A DNA stretch of 64,000 nt from Bacteroidales bacterium (GTDB lineage: Bacteria; Bacteroidota; Bacteroidia; Bacteroidales; UBA11471): assembly GCA_045606385.1 (NCBI GenBank), contig JAZURX010000068.1, forward strand, positions 7,659 to 71,658, written 5' to 3'. Position numbers and translations under genes: made by a program. This document shows positions 36,229-45,440 of the stretch, piece after piece (the first letter of the stretch is position 1; each line of letters opens with the position of its first letter). Under the pieces are notes generated by a model. It saw only the letters and a list, made by a program, of their open reading frames with translations, searched no databases and was not told the origin of the DNA.

Positions 36229-38637
36229 ATGAAACGACTTCTCTTATTATTTGCTATGGTTAGCATATTTATGGTACAAGCAAGGGACAACGCAGACTAC
36301 AAAGTTTATGGTACACAAAATTTCGCACCGACCAATCAACTCACTTTGTGGTATGATATGCCGGCAACACTTGCCAATGTACCCAACAAGTGGATGGAAT
36401 ATTCACTTCCATTAGGTAATGGTCAATTTGGTGTTACACTCCTCGGTGGTGTACATAAAGATGAAATATTTTTCAATGAAAAGACGTTATGGAGCGGACG
36501 AAGCACCGACAATGGAGAGTATGGGAAATACGAATGTTTTGGTACAATTGTCGCCGAAATTATTGGCAATGAGTTCGGTACGACCAACGACAAGAGTATC
36601 AAAGAATATTGCCGCTGGCTCGACCTGACCAGCGCCACAGCAGGCGTAGACTTTAAGAGCACCGACCTTGCCACCACATACACACGTCGGTATATCGTAT
36701 CGAACCCCGATAATGTAATGGTTGCCCGATACGTAGCTACCGGCAAAGGGAAGCTCAATATGCGTTTTACATTGCACGCATGTCGTCCCGGGATTATTGC
36801 AGACACATATTATGCCGGCAATCAAGCTACATTCGACGGAAAATTGCAGACTGTGAGCTATAATGCGCGTATGCAAGTCAACAATATCGGCGGTAATATA
36901 ACCTCTGACGCAGACGGCATAGTGATAACCGAAGCCGATGAGATAGTGGTTGTGCTGGCAGGAGCAACCGATTTCGACGCCTACTCACCCACATATATAT
37001 CAGATACAGAAAAACTTACCGATAAAGTGAAAAATCGCATCGAAAATGCATCAGCCAAAGGTTGGAATACATTATACAACGCGCATATCGCCGATTACCG
37101 ACCCATTTTCGAGCGCATGACATTCACCTTAGAAGGTGCCGAGAATACTCTCCCCACCGACCGAATGATACTCAAATATAATACCGAGCGTACAAGCGGT
37201 AAAGAAAATTACGCTTTAATGCTCGAACAACTCTATTTCGCATACGGACGTTACTTGGCGATTGCCTCATCGCGTGGAGTAGATATACCCTCGAATCTGC
37301 AAGGAATTTGGAGCAACAACAGCCATCCGGCATGGAACGGTGACATACATTCCAATATCAATGTGCAGATGAATTATTGGCATGTAGAATCGACCAACCT
37401 CAGCGAGTTGCATATGCCTTTCCTCAACTATATAATCAATATGGCAGTAAATCACGACGAATGGAAACGATATGCCCGTGAGTCGGGACAGAGTGTAGGT
37501 TGGACTTGCTATACCGAAAACAATATTTTCGGAGGTGTCGGCGACTTTGCGCACAACTACGTGATAGCCAATGCATGGTACTGCACACACTTATGGCAAC
37601 ACTATCGCTACACACTCGACAAAGAGTTCTTGGCCAAAGCCTTCCCTGCAATGTGGAGCGCATGTCGTTTCTGGCTTGAGCGCCTGAAACTCGACAAAGA
37701 CGGTACATATGTATGCCCTAATGAATTTTCTCCCGAACACGGCCCGTCGGAAGATGGTGTGGCTCATGCACAACAACTGGTATGGGAACTATTTGACAAT
37801 ACACTTGCGGCAGCAAAAATTCTTGGTTCTCAAAGTGGAGTATCCAAATCTCAACTCGCACTGCTCTCATCTCGATTCAATAAATTGGATAAAGGGCTCG
37901 GTATAGAGACCTACACCGGAGAATGGGGAGAAGAGGTCAATGGGGTAAAGAAAGGCAATAAATTACTCCGCGAATGGAAATCGAGTACATTTGCCTCGGG
38001 CAGTAACGGGCACCGACACATATCGCACATGATGTGCATGTACCCCTTTGCGCAGGTAACCCCCGAAAGCCCCTATTTCGAACCGGCAGTCAATTCCATG
38101 CGTCTGCGTGGCGATATATCTACAGGTTGGTCGATGGGCTGGAAAATAAATGTATGGGCACGCGCACTACGTGGCGATCGTGCACACGACATACTTGAAC
38201 AAGCCTTGAATCATAGCGATAAGGTAGATGTAAATTATCAAAACCAAGGAGGAGTTTACTACAACCTCTACGACTGCCACCCACCCTTCCAAATCGATGG
38301 AAACTTCGGTGCTACAGCCGGTATCGTCGAAATGTTGATGCAAAGCCATAGCGGAACTATAGCCATACTTCCCGCACTTCCCGAAGAGTGGCAATCGGGA
38401 AAAGTCCTTGGCATGAAAGCGATCGGCGACTTTACTGTCGATATCGAATGGGAGTCGGGAAAGGCCACATGCATAAAGATTGTCAACAACCAAGGAGAAC
38501 CCGGTAAAATATCTTACCCCGGCATCGAAAACTATCTATGCTCCGTAAACGAAAAACCCAAAAAACTTAAATCATCAAACGGTGCTCTTTCACTACCTGA
38601 CAAGAAAGGTACAATCATTATATTCAAACAAAAATAA
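36229..38637 (+). CDS. Glycoside hydrolase family 95 (alpha-L-fucosidase-like)
   Basis: Signal peptide MKRLLLLFAMVSIFMVQA. GH95-type motifs GDIHSNINVQMNYW and FQIDGNFGATAGIVEMLMQSH. The listed ORF starts at an upstream TTG (36193). Confidence 0.88.
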   Translation: MKRLLLLFAMVSIFMVQARDNADYKVYGTQNFAPTNQLTLWYDMPATLANVPNKWMEYSLPLGNGQFGVTLLGGVHKDEIFFNEKTLWSGRSTDNGEYGKYECFGTIVAEIIGNEFGTTNDKSIKEYCRWLDLTSATAGVDFKSTDLATTYTRRYIVSNPDNVMVARYVATGKGKLNMRFTLHACRPGIIADTYYAGNQATFDGKLQTVSYNARMQVNNIGGNITSDADGIVITEADEIVVVLAGATDFDAYSPTYISDTEKLTDKVKNRIENASAKGWNTLYNAHIADYRPIFERMTFTLEGAENTLPTDRMILKYNTERTSGKENYALMLEQLYFAYGRYLAIASSRGVDIPSNLQGIWSNNSHPAWNGDIHSNINVQMNYWHVESTNLSELHMPFLNYIINMAVNHDEWKRYARESGQSVGWTCYTENNIFGGVGDFAHNYVIANAWYCTHLWQHYRYTLDKEFLAKAFPAMWSACRFWLERLKLDKDGTYVCPNEFSPEHGPSEDGVAHAQQLVWELFDNTLAAAKILGSQSGVSKSQLALLSSRFNKLDKGLGIETYTGEWGEEVNGVKKGNKLLREWKSSTFASGSNGHRHISHMMCMYPFAQVTPESPYFEPAVNSMRLRGDISTGWSMGWKINVWARALRGDRAHDILEQALNHSDKVDVNYQNQGGVYYNLYDCHPPFQIDGNFGATAGIVEMLMQSHSGTIAILPALPEEWQSGKVLGMKAIGDFTVDIEWESGKATCIKIVNNQGEPGKISYPGIENYLCSVNEKPKKLKSSNGALSLPDKKGTIIIFKQK

Positions 38638-38641
38638 TCTT

Positions 38642-40837
38642 ATGAAAAACATTAAAATTTTATTATCAATTATCGTATTGTTTCTATACAGCTTAGAAAC
38701 AATGGCGTGGGATTACGACATTATAATATCCACTAAAAATACCTCTTTGGTATATTCGGCCAACAAGAACGACGAATTGAGATTTTCACACTACGGAGCC
38801 AAAATCGAAAAAGAAGATGTAACCTCGTTACACAACGTATGGTCGGGAATGAATCGAACAGCTTATCCCACCTATGGTTCTCAATTCAACGTCCTTACAT
38901 CACTGCAAGTGGAACATGCCGATGGGAATCCCACCACGTTCCTTGTATTAAAAGATATTTCACAAACGACCGTCGATGATGGTGAAATCACAACCATTAC
39001 ATTACGCGACAAGCATTATCCGTTTGAGGTAAAACTCAACTACCATGCACGCCAAGCAACCGATATTATTGAAATGTGGGCAGAGATTACCAACTTGGAG
39101 AAAAAAACGGTTACATTACGCCGCATGGACTCGGGATTCTTGCCCATACGCCGTGGAAACGTATGGGTCACCCATATGCACGGCACATGGGGAGCCGAGT
39201 CACAAATAACCTCGGAACCACTTCGTACCGGTGTAAAATCTATTCGCAATCTCGATGGTGTATGTAACGGACATAATGACCGTGCAGAGGTCATGCTGTC
39301 GCTTGATGGTGCCCCACAAGAGAATTATGGTCGTATGATAGGGGCTGCCCTTTGCTGGAGTGGGAATTACGAACTGCGTATCGACACCGACAATGCCTCT
39401 TGTCACAACCTTATGGCCGGTATCAGCTCCGAAATGGCGGAATATCGACTTGCCCCTAAAGCCACTTTCGTAACTCCTCGCCTTGCCATTACATACTCTA
39501 CAGAGGGTATGAGCGGTGTAAGCCGTAATTTTCACCGATGGGCAAGAGCCGGCGCTATTCACGGAGGCTCCACTCCTCGCGATATACTGCTCAATAGCTG
39601 GGAAGGCGTATATCTCAATGTAGAAGAGGAAAAGATGAACGAAATGATGCGCGATTTCGCGGCTTTGGGTGGAGAACTTTTTGTAATGGACGACGGTTGG
39701 TTCGGCGATAAATACCCCCGCAACAAAGATAATTCGTCGCTGGGCGATTGGGTGGTAAACCGTCGTAAACTGCCCAACGGCATCGATGGTCTTATAAATT
39801 CAGCCAAAAAATATGGTATAAAATTCGGAATATGGATAGAGCCCGAATGTACAAATACGCTGAGTGAATTGTATGAGAAACACCCCGATTGGGTACTCAA
39901 AGCCGATAACCGCGACTTGCGCCTCACACGTGGCGGCACACAATTACTTCTCGACTTGACCAACCCCGAAGTACAAGATTTCGTATTTTCCGTCGTCGAC
40001 AATCTTATGACTCAATATCCCGATATTGCCTATATCAAATGGGACGCAAATACCAGTGCCATTAATATTGTTTCGCAATATCTGCCTCACGAAAAGTATC
40101 TGCAAACCAACATCGAATATCATAAAGGACTTGAAAAAACATTGCAACGTATCCGTGCCAAATACCCCGACCTTGTAATACAGGCCTGCGGAGGCGGAGG
40201 TGGTCGTGTGAACTATGGCATAATGCCCTACTTCGACGAGATATGGGTAAGCGACAATACCGACGCACTACAACGTATTTACATACAATGGGGTACCTCG
40301 TTATTCTACCCACCCATGGCCATGGCTCAACATGTAAGCGCATCGCCCAACCACACAACCGGCCGTAGTATTCCGTTGAAATATCGTTTCGATGTAGCCA
40401 TGTCTGGTCGATTGGGCATGGAAATGCAACCCTCGACATTCAATGCCTCAGAGACAGCCTATGCCAAACGTGCCATTGCCGACTATAAACTGATACGAGA
40501 CATTGTTCAATTTGGCGATATATACCGACTCATATCACCCTACGCCGAGCAAGGAGTAGCATCTCTCATGTACGTTAGTCCCGAAAAAGAAAGTGCAGCA
40601 TTCTTTGTATATAAATTATTACACTACCGTAACCACCCGATACCCCGATTCTATATGGCCGGGCTCGATGCCGATAAAATCTATCGCATCAAGGAGTTGA
40701 GTATACCCGAAGGGAAATCGCCAAGCCACCTTCATGGCCGAGAGGTAAAAGGTGATATGCTGATGAATATAGGTATTGAAATACCTCTTGACCAAGAATA
40801 TTCGAGCCGAGTATATCAACTCGAAGAAGTAAAATAA
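38642..40837 (+). CDS. Alpha-galactosidase, glycoside hydrolase family 36
   Basis: DDGWFG, KWDAN, CGGGGGR and VSDNTDA motifs. Signal peptide begins at the ATG at 38642; the listed ORF start at 38582 overlaps the GH95 gene. Confidence 0.9.
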   Translation: MKNIKILLSIIVLFLYSLETMAWDYDIIISTKNTSLVYSANKNDELRFSHYGAKIEKEDVTSLHNVWSGMNRTAYPTYGSQFNVLTSLQVEHADGNPTTFLVLKDISQTTVDDGEITTITLRDKHYPFEVKLNYHARQATDIIEMWAEITNLEKKTVTLRRMDSGFLPIRRGNVWVTHMHGTWGAESQITSEPLRTGVKSIRNLDGVCNGHNDRAEVMLSLDGAPQENYGRMIGAALCWSGNYELRIDTDNASCHNLMAGISSEMAEYRLAPKATFVTPRLAITYSTEGMSGVSRNFHRWARAGAIHGGSTPRDILLNSWEGVYLNVEEEKMNEMMRDFAALGGELFVMDDGWFGDKYPRNKDNSSLGDWVVNRRKLPNGIDGLINSAKKYGIKFGIWIEPECTNTLSELYEKHPDWVLKADNRDLRLTRGGTQLLLDLTNPEVQDFVFSVVDNLMTQYPDIAYIKWDANTSAINIVSQYLPHEKYLQTNIEYHKGLEKTLQRIRAKYPDLVIQACGGGGGRVNYGIMPYFDEIWVSDNTDALQRIYIQWGTSLFYPPMAMAQHVSASPNHTTGRSIPLKYRFDVAMSGRLGMEMQPSTFNASETAYAKRAIADYKLIRDIVQFGDIYRLISPYAEQGVASLMYVSPEKESAAFFVYKLLHYRNHPIPRFYMAGLDADKIYRIKELSIPEGKSPSHLHGREVKGDMLMNIGIEIPLDQEYSSRVYQLEEVK

Positions 40838-40846
40838 AATGTCCGA

Positions 40847-40883
40847 CAGAGAGTCGTTTTTAGAAACGACTCTCTGTTTTTAT
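40847..40883 (+). terminator. Rho-independent terminator after the GH36 gene
   Basis: Perfect 14-bp stem acagagagtcgttt / aaacgactctctgt with loop ttag, followed by TTTTT. Confidence 0.85.
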
Positions 40884-40891
40884 ATACCTAT

Positions 40892-40899
40892 AGTTTTGA
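40892..40899 (+). promoter_or_regulatory. -7 promoter box (TAgtTTTG) for the ROK kinase gene
   Basis: Matches TAnnTTTG, 50 nt upstream of the ATG at 40949. Confidence 0.45.
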
Positions 40900-40948
40900 A
40901 ATACAAAGAATATATCGTAAATTCGTATCATTATAAATAGAATATTTC

Positions 40949-41908
40949 ATGAAACCATACGTCATAGGAATAGATATAGGCGGTACAAATACCGTTATCG
41001 GGCTCGTCGACGCAAGAGGCAATATATTGGGAACGGACACCATAAAAACAACGGCCTATGCTATAATTGAAGAATACGTGGAAGATTTATCCTCTTCCAT
41101 AATTCGATTGATAGACCGGTGCGGTGCTAATAATAAAATTGCAGGAATAGGTATCGGTGCCCCCAATGCCAATTACTACACAGGAGTCATAGAACAAGCG
41201 GCCAACTTGCCATGGAAAGGTCCTATACCGTTAGCACGCATGCTGAATGAAAAAACAGATATTCCCGTAGCAATGACCAACGATGCCAACGCTGCTGCCA
41301 TCGGAGAAATGACGTATGGTGCTGCTCGTGGGGTCAAAGACTTTATTATGATTACCTTAGGTACCGGTGTCGGAAGCGGGATTGTCGCCAACGGACGACT
41401 CATCTATGGTAACGACGGAAATGCCGGAGAGTTAGGTCATATCATCGTGCGTCGTGAACATGGACGCACATGCGGCTGTGGACGCAAGGGCTGCCTCGAA
41501 GCATACACATCGGCCACAGGAGTGGCTCGTACCGCACGCGAGTTTCTGGAAATTGACGATACCCCCTCTTTGTTACGAAACATTCCACCACAAAATATTA
41601 CTTCAAAAGATGTGTACGATGCTGCTATGAACGGAGACAAACTGGCAACGGAGATATTCGATTACACCGGTCGGATATTGGGAGAAGCTTTTGCCGACTT
41701 TATAGCTTTCACCGGTCCTCGAATGATTATTCTATTTGGCGGACTTACACGCGCAGGCTCGCTCATCATGAAGCCGGCAAAAGAGGCAATGGAAACTAAT
41801 TTACTCTCGATATACAAAGGAAAAACCGAAATTGTATTCTCCCAACTCAACGAAGCCGATGCTGCGATCCTTGGCGCTTCGGCACTTGGCTGGGAAGTTG
41901 CCAAATAG
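40949..41908 (+). CDS. ROK family sugar kinase (glucokinase-like)
   Basis: DIGGTN phosphate-1 motif, GELGH, and the zinc motif CGCGRKGCLE. Confidence 0.88.
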   Translation: MKPYVIGIDIGGTNTVIGLVDARGNILGTDTIKTTAYAIIEEYVEDLSSSIIRLIDRCGANNKIAGIGIGAPNANYYTGVIEQAANLPWKGPIPLARMLNEKTDIPVAMTNDANAAAIGEMTYGAARGVKDFIMITLGTGVGSGIVANGRLIYGNDGNAGELGHIIVRREHGRTCGCGRKGCLEAYTSATGVARTAREFLEIDDTPSLLRNIPPQNITSKDVYDAAMNGDKLATEIFDYTGRILGEAFADFIAFTGPRMIILFGGLTRAGSLIMKPAKEAMETNLLSIYKGKTEIVFSQLNEADAAILGASALGWEVAK

Positions 41909-41947
41909 CCTGCTTTTTTGTTTACCTCAAATATAATAATTATTAGA

Positions 41948-41964
41948 TAGTTTTGCTATCTTTG
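41948..41964 (+). promoter_or_regulatory. Two adjacent -7 boxes (TAgtTTTG and TAtcTTTG) upstream of the GNAT-like/ibrAB-like operon
   Basis: tagttttg at 41948-41955 and tatctttg at 41957-41964. They imply a leader of about 105 nt. Confidence 0.45.
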
Positions 41965-42077
41965 CCGTAAACTGCGAAAATGAGGTACCTTTTCCGAAAT
42001 ATCCGGTGTAAACGCCTAAATCATAGGTACTCATCTTCGCCAAAGTTGAATTTTCACAACAAGCAAAAGATATTTGT

Positions 42078-42506
42078 ATGAAAATCGAAAAATTAGGAGG
42101 CACCACTCCCCGATTGTATGCATTGGTTGCACCTTTAGTGCTGAACGCCGCTGTTATAAGACAAAATAATAATAGCGCGTTCAAAACATCTGAACGTCAC
42201 GAATGGCTTGTGGCCATAGACGAAGACAGCGATACCGCTATAGGATTTTTCCCGATAGAACAACGCATGGGGTATATATACATCAACAACTACTACCTGC
42301 CCGTCGAATATGATAACACGTTGCTACCGGCATTTATCAAAGAGGTAAAGGCACTTTATGGTAAAGACACCCCTATCTCTGTAGTAGCACACACGCGCCA
42401 TACCGACATATTTGCAAAAAAAGGATTTGTTGTAGAAAAAGAGTGGAAGTTGTATTCGAAAATGAAATATAGCAAAGTCGATGGGAAAGCACCGGAATGT
42501 GTATGA
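42078..42506 (+). CDS. Hypothetical protein, weak GNAT-like (acetyltransferase fold) resemblance
   Basis: 142 aa. The pattern ...AIGFFPIE...YINNYYL...LLPAFIKEV... and the C-terminal FAKKGFVVEKEW resemble a GNAT core, but the Q/RxxGxG/A acetyl-CoA motif is absent. The gene overlaps the next gene by 26 nt. Confidence 0.5.
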   Translation: MKIEKLGGTTPRLYALVAPLVLNAAVIRQNNNSAFKTSERHEWLVAIDEDSDTAIGFFPIEQRMGYIYINNYYLPVEYDNTLLPAFIKEVKALYGKDTPISVVAHTRHTDIFAKKGFVVEKEWKLYSKMKYSKVDGKAPECV

Positions 42507-43785
42507 AGCGGCTTTGACGCGAATAAAAAAAATTTTTGACGACTTCGACAATATATATGTATCTTTCTCGGGAGGGAAAGACAGTGGTGTATTGCTCAAT
42601 TTATGTATAGACTATATACGCCGCAACAAATTGAATCGACGTATCGGCATATTTCACATGGACTATGAGGTACAATACAACCTCACGATGCAATATGTAG
42701 ATGAAGTACTCGCACAAAATACCGATATTATAGATGTTTATCGCGTATGCGTCCCTTTCAAAGTCCCCACATGTACATCTATGCACCAAAGTTATTGGCG
42801 CCCGTGGGACGATGATCAAAAAGACATATGGGTGCGCAAAATGCCCGAAAAATCATACACAAAAGATTTCTTCCCATTCTACACCGAAGAGATGTGGGAT
42901 TACGATTTTCAAACACAATTTGCCGAGTGGATGCATCATCGTTACAATGCCTCGCGCACTTGTTGCTTGGTAGGGATACGTACTCAAGAGAGTTTCAACC
43001 GATGGCGAGCTATTCACAGTGACCGCAATTATTGTTGCTATGAGCACTATAAATGGACACGCAGAATAGCAGAAAACGTATACAACGCCTATCCTATCTA
43101 CGACTGGAAAACAACCGATATATGGGTTGCAAATGGCAAATTCGGATGGAGCTACAATCACCTCTACGATCTCTATTATCAAGCAGGCGTTCCTCTTGAA
43201 AAACAACGTGTCGCAAGTCCCTTTATTTCTGCTGCCGTACCCAGTTTATCGCTCTATCGGGTCATAGACCCACAGATGTGGGGAAAAATGATAAGCCGCG
43301 TAAATGGCGTAAACTTTGCCAATATATATGGCGACACTACTGCCATGGGATGGTACTCGGTAAAATTACCAAAGGGGTTGACTTGGGAAAAATATATGCA
43401 TTTCTTATTGGATACACTACCGAGGGAAATACGCGAAGGCTATCTCGAAAAATTAAGTACAAGCATCAATTTTTGGCGCACACGAGGGGGTGTACTTGCC
43501 GAGTCGACCATCGAAAAGCTTCGCAACATGGGCATAAAGATAGAAGTGGGCGAATCCTCTTCATATCGTACAGAAAAAAAACCGGTACGCATGGAATACC
43601 TCGATGACATAGACATCGACGAGTTTAGAGAAATTCCTACATTCAAACGCATGTGTATTTGTATACTCAAAAACGACCACACCTGCAAATATATGGGATT
43701 TGCCGCAACCAAAGCCGATAAAGAGCGTCGCGAACGCGTAATGAGTAAGTATAAGAGCTATCTTGAAGGAAATGGAAATGAATAA
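42481..43785 (+). CDS. IbrA-like PP-loop ATP pyrophosphatase (phosphoadenosine phosphosulfate reductase family, with extended C-terminal domain)
   Basis: N-terminal NVYEAALTRIKKIFDDFDNIYVSFSGGKDSGVLL carries the SGGxDS PP-loop. At 434 aa the protein has a long C-terminal extension, as in IbrA/DUF3440-type proteins. Confidence 0.85.
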   Translation: MGKHRNVYEAALTRIKKIFDDFDNIYVSFSGGKDSGVLLNLCIDYIRRNKLNRRIGIFHMDYEVQYNLTMQYVDEVLAQNTDIIDVYRVCVPFKVPTCTSMHQSYWRPWDDDQKDIWVRKMPEKSYTKDFFPFYTEEMWDYDFQTQFAEWMHHRYNASRTCCLVGIRTQESFNRWRAIHSDRNYCCYEHYKWTRRIAENVYNAYPIYDWKTTDIWVANGKFGWSYNHLYDLYYQAGVPLEKQRVASPFISAAVPSLSLYRVIDPQMWGKMISRVNGVNFANIYGDTTAMGWYSVKLPKGLTWEKYMHFLLDTLPREIREGYLEKLSTSINFWRTRGGVLAESTIEKLRNMGIKIEVGESSSYRTEKKPVRMEYLDDIDIDEFREIPTFKRMCICILKNDHTCKYMGFAATKADKERRERVMSKYKSYLEGNGNE

Positions 43786-44296
43786 TAAAGAACGTTACAA
43801 AAGCCCCGTATATAACGTGGTAGCTGTACCTATTGACAAAGTAAAAGCCAACGCCTATAACCCCAATTTCGTGGCACCGCCCGAAATGAAATTACTGGAA
43901 ATCTCGATATGGGAAGATGGCTATACCATGCCTTGCGTGTGCTATTACGACGCCGAAAAAGATATTTACGAACTTGTCGATGGCTATCACCGCTATACCG
44001 TACTGAAAACATCGCGACGTATATATGAACGCGAACATGGATTACTGCCGGTAGTCGTTATCGACAAAGATATGTCGAATCGCATGGCATCGACCATACG
44101 ACACAATAGAGCCCGTGGCACGCACAACGTCGAATTGATGAGTGAAATTGTTACCGAACTTTCCAAGGCCGGTATGTCCGACGCATGGATTTTGCGCAAC
44201 ATCGGTATGGACAAAGATGAACTGTTGCGACTGAAACAAATTACAGGTATAGCCGAATTATTTGCCAACAAAGATTTCAGTATTGCCGACGATTAA
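43772..44296 (+). CDS. IbrB-like ParB/sulfiredoxin N-terminal domain protein
   Basis: NPNFVAPPEMKLLEISIWEDGYTMP...LVDGYHRYT...IRHNRARGTH are typical ParB-N/Srx fold motifs. ATG starts at 43772 or 43778 overlap the upstream stop codon. Confidence 0.8.
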   Translation: MEMNNKERYKSPVYNVVAVPIDKVKANAYNPNFVAPPEMKLLEISIWEDGYTMPCVCYYDAEKDIYELVDGYHRYTVLKTSRRIYEREHGLLPVVVIDKDMSNRMASTIRHNRARGTHNVELMSEIVTELSKAGMSDAWILRNIGMDKDELLRLKQITGIAELFANKDFSIADD

Positions 44297-44301
44297 TCGG
44301 G

Positions 44302-45213
44302 TTACTGCAAACGCAACTCCATACCTGCAACAGGCACATTCTCCTCGGAGATATTGTTTCGTTTTATCAATTTTTTCAATTTTACGCCATATTTCTGCGA
44401 AACATCGTGTAGAGACTCTCCTGCCGATAATACATGTATAGTATTCGGCTTTTGAGCCTTACGGCGTTTGGCTTTCACATATATAATATCGCCCGGTTGC
44501 AATACATAGCCCCGAGGAAAATCATTGAATCGACGCACCTGATAACGATATAATTCAAACTCGCGAGCTATATATTTAATTTTATCGCCTTCACGTGCCA
44601 CAATGTAAGGTAACCCCCATTGTGAAAGAAGATCATGATACTCATATTCTTTGGGCAATCGAGGCATGCTTTTGCCATCATATCGATGCAGTCCATAGAG
44701 TTCAATTGTCTGTATCAACTTACTTGCATATGCTTTATCAGTCGCATACCCACAACGCTTGAGCCCATGAGCCCACCCTTTATAATCGGTCACATCGAGT
44801 TTGAAAAGCACATCGTACCGCGAACTCTTGGTAAGAAACAACGCATGGTCTTCATATGAATATTTTGGATTTTTATATTTTCGAAAACATTCCCCCTTCT
44901 CATCATCGTCATGATATACTTTATCGCCTTCCCACGAATTATGACATTTTATCCCGAAATGATTGTTCGATTTTTTTGCCAATTCACTTGTCCCCGCTGC
45001 CGACTCGATAAGCCCCTGTGCCAGAGTGATACTTGCCGGTATTTTATACTTTCGCTGATGCTCCATGGCAATATCTTTATACTTACGTATATAATCGAGA
45101 TATATAGGATTTTTGTTTTGTCCCAACATTATTGCCGATGACAACAATAGAATACAAACGATACTGTTTTTGAATGTGCACATAAATAGACTTTTTATAG
45201 ATAAAAGATTCAT
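44302..45213 (-). CDS. Peptidoglycan hydrolase: GH73 N-acetylglucosaminidase domain plus two LysM repeats
   Basis: LAQGLIESAAGTSELAKKSNNHFGIK is the GH73 catalytic region. The C-terminus carries LysM-like repeats (YIAREGDKIKYIAREF..., HVLSAGESLHDVSQKYGV...). Confidence 0.85.
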   Translation of the reverse strand: MNLLSIKSLFMCTFKNSIVCILLLSSAIMLGQNKNPIYLDYIRKYKDIAMEHQRKYKIPASITLAQGLIESAAGTSELAKKSNNHFGIKCHNSWEGDKVYHDDDEKGECFRKYKNPKYSYEDHALFLTKSSRYDVLFKLDVTDYKGWAHGLKRCGYATDKAYASKLIQTIELYGLHRYDGKSMPRLPKEYEYHDLLSQWGLPYIVAREGDKIKYIAREFELYRYQVRRFNDFPRGYVLQPGDIIYVKAKRRKAQKPNTIHVLSAGESLHDVSQKYGVKLKKLIKRNNISEENVPVAGMELRLQ

Positions 45214-45233
45214 ATCGGAATAGAATCCTCTAA

Positions 45234-45414
45234 AATTTCTCGTTTTCTACAATAACCGACGAATATAGTACACGGCTCGAATAAAAATCAAATGAAATTG
45301 TTTTTCTTCTCTCGTCATTCGCTATATTTGAGGTAAACCTCGAATATAGTTGCTCTCGCAGTGAAAAATATCCAAGCAGGCTTGACATTTCTCGCTCGTT
45401 TATTATTATATTTG
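45234..45414 (+). repeat. Intergenic repeat, locus B: about 2.3 tandem units ending in the cdd promoter
   Basis: Best unit at 45323-45414, with the exact 13-mer at 45387-45399 and TATATTTG at both 45323-45330 and 45407-45414. A degenerate unit precedes it at 45248-45322 (cgaatatag, aatgaaatt, ttctctcgtcattcgc), along with a partial core aatttctcgtttt at 45234-45246. Confidence 0.75.
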
Positions 45415-45440
45415 CAGTTACTGCAAATATACAATTTGGA

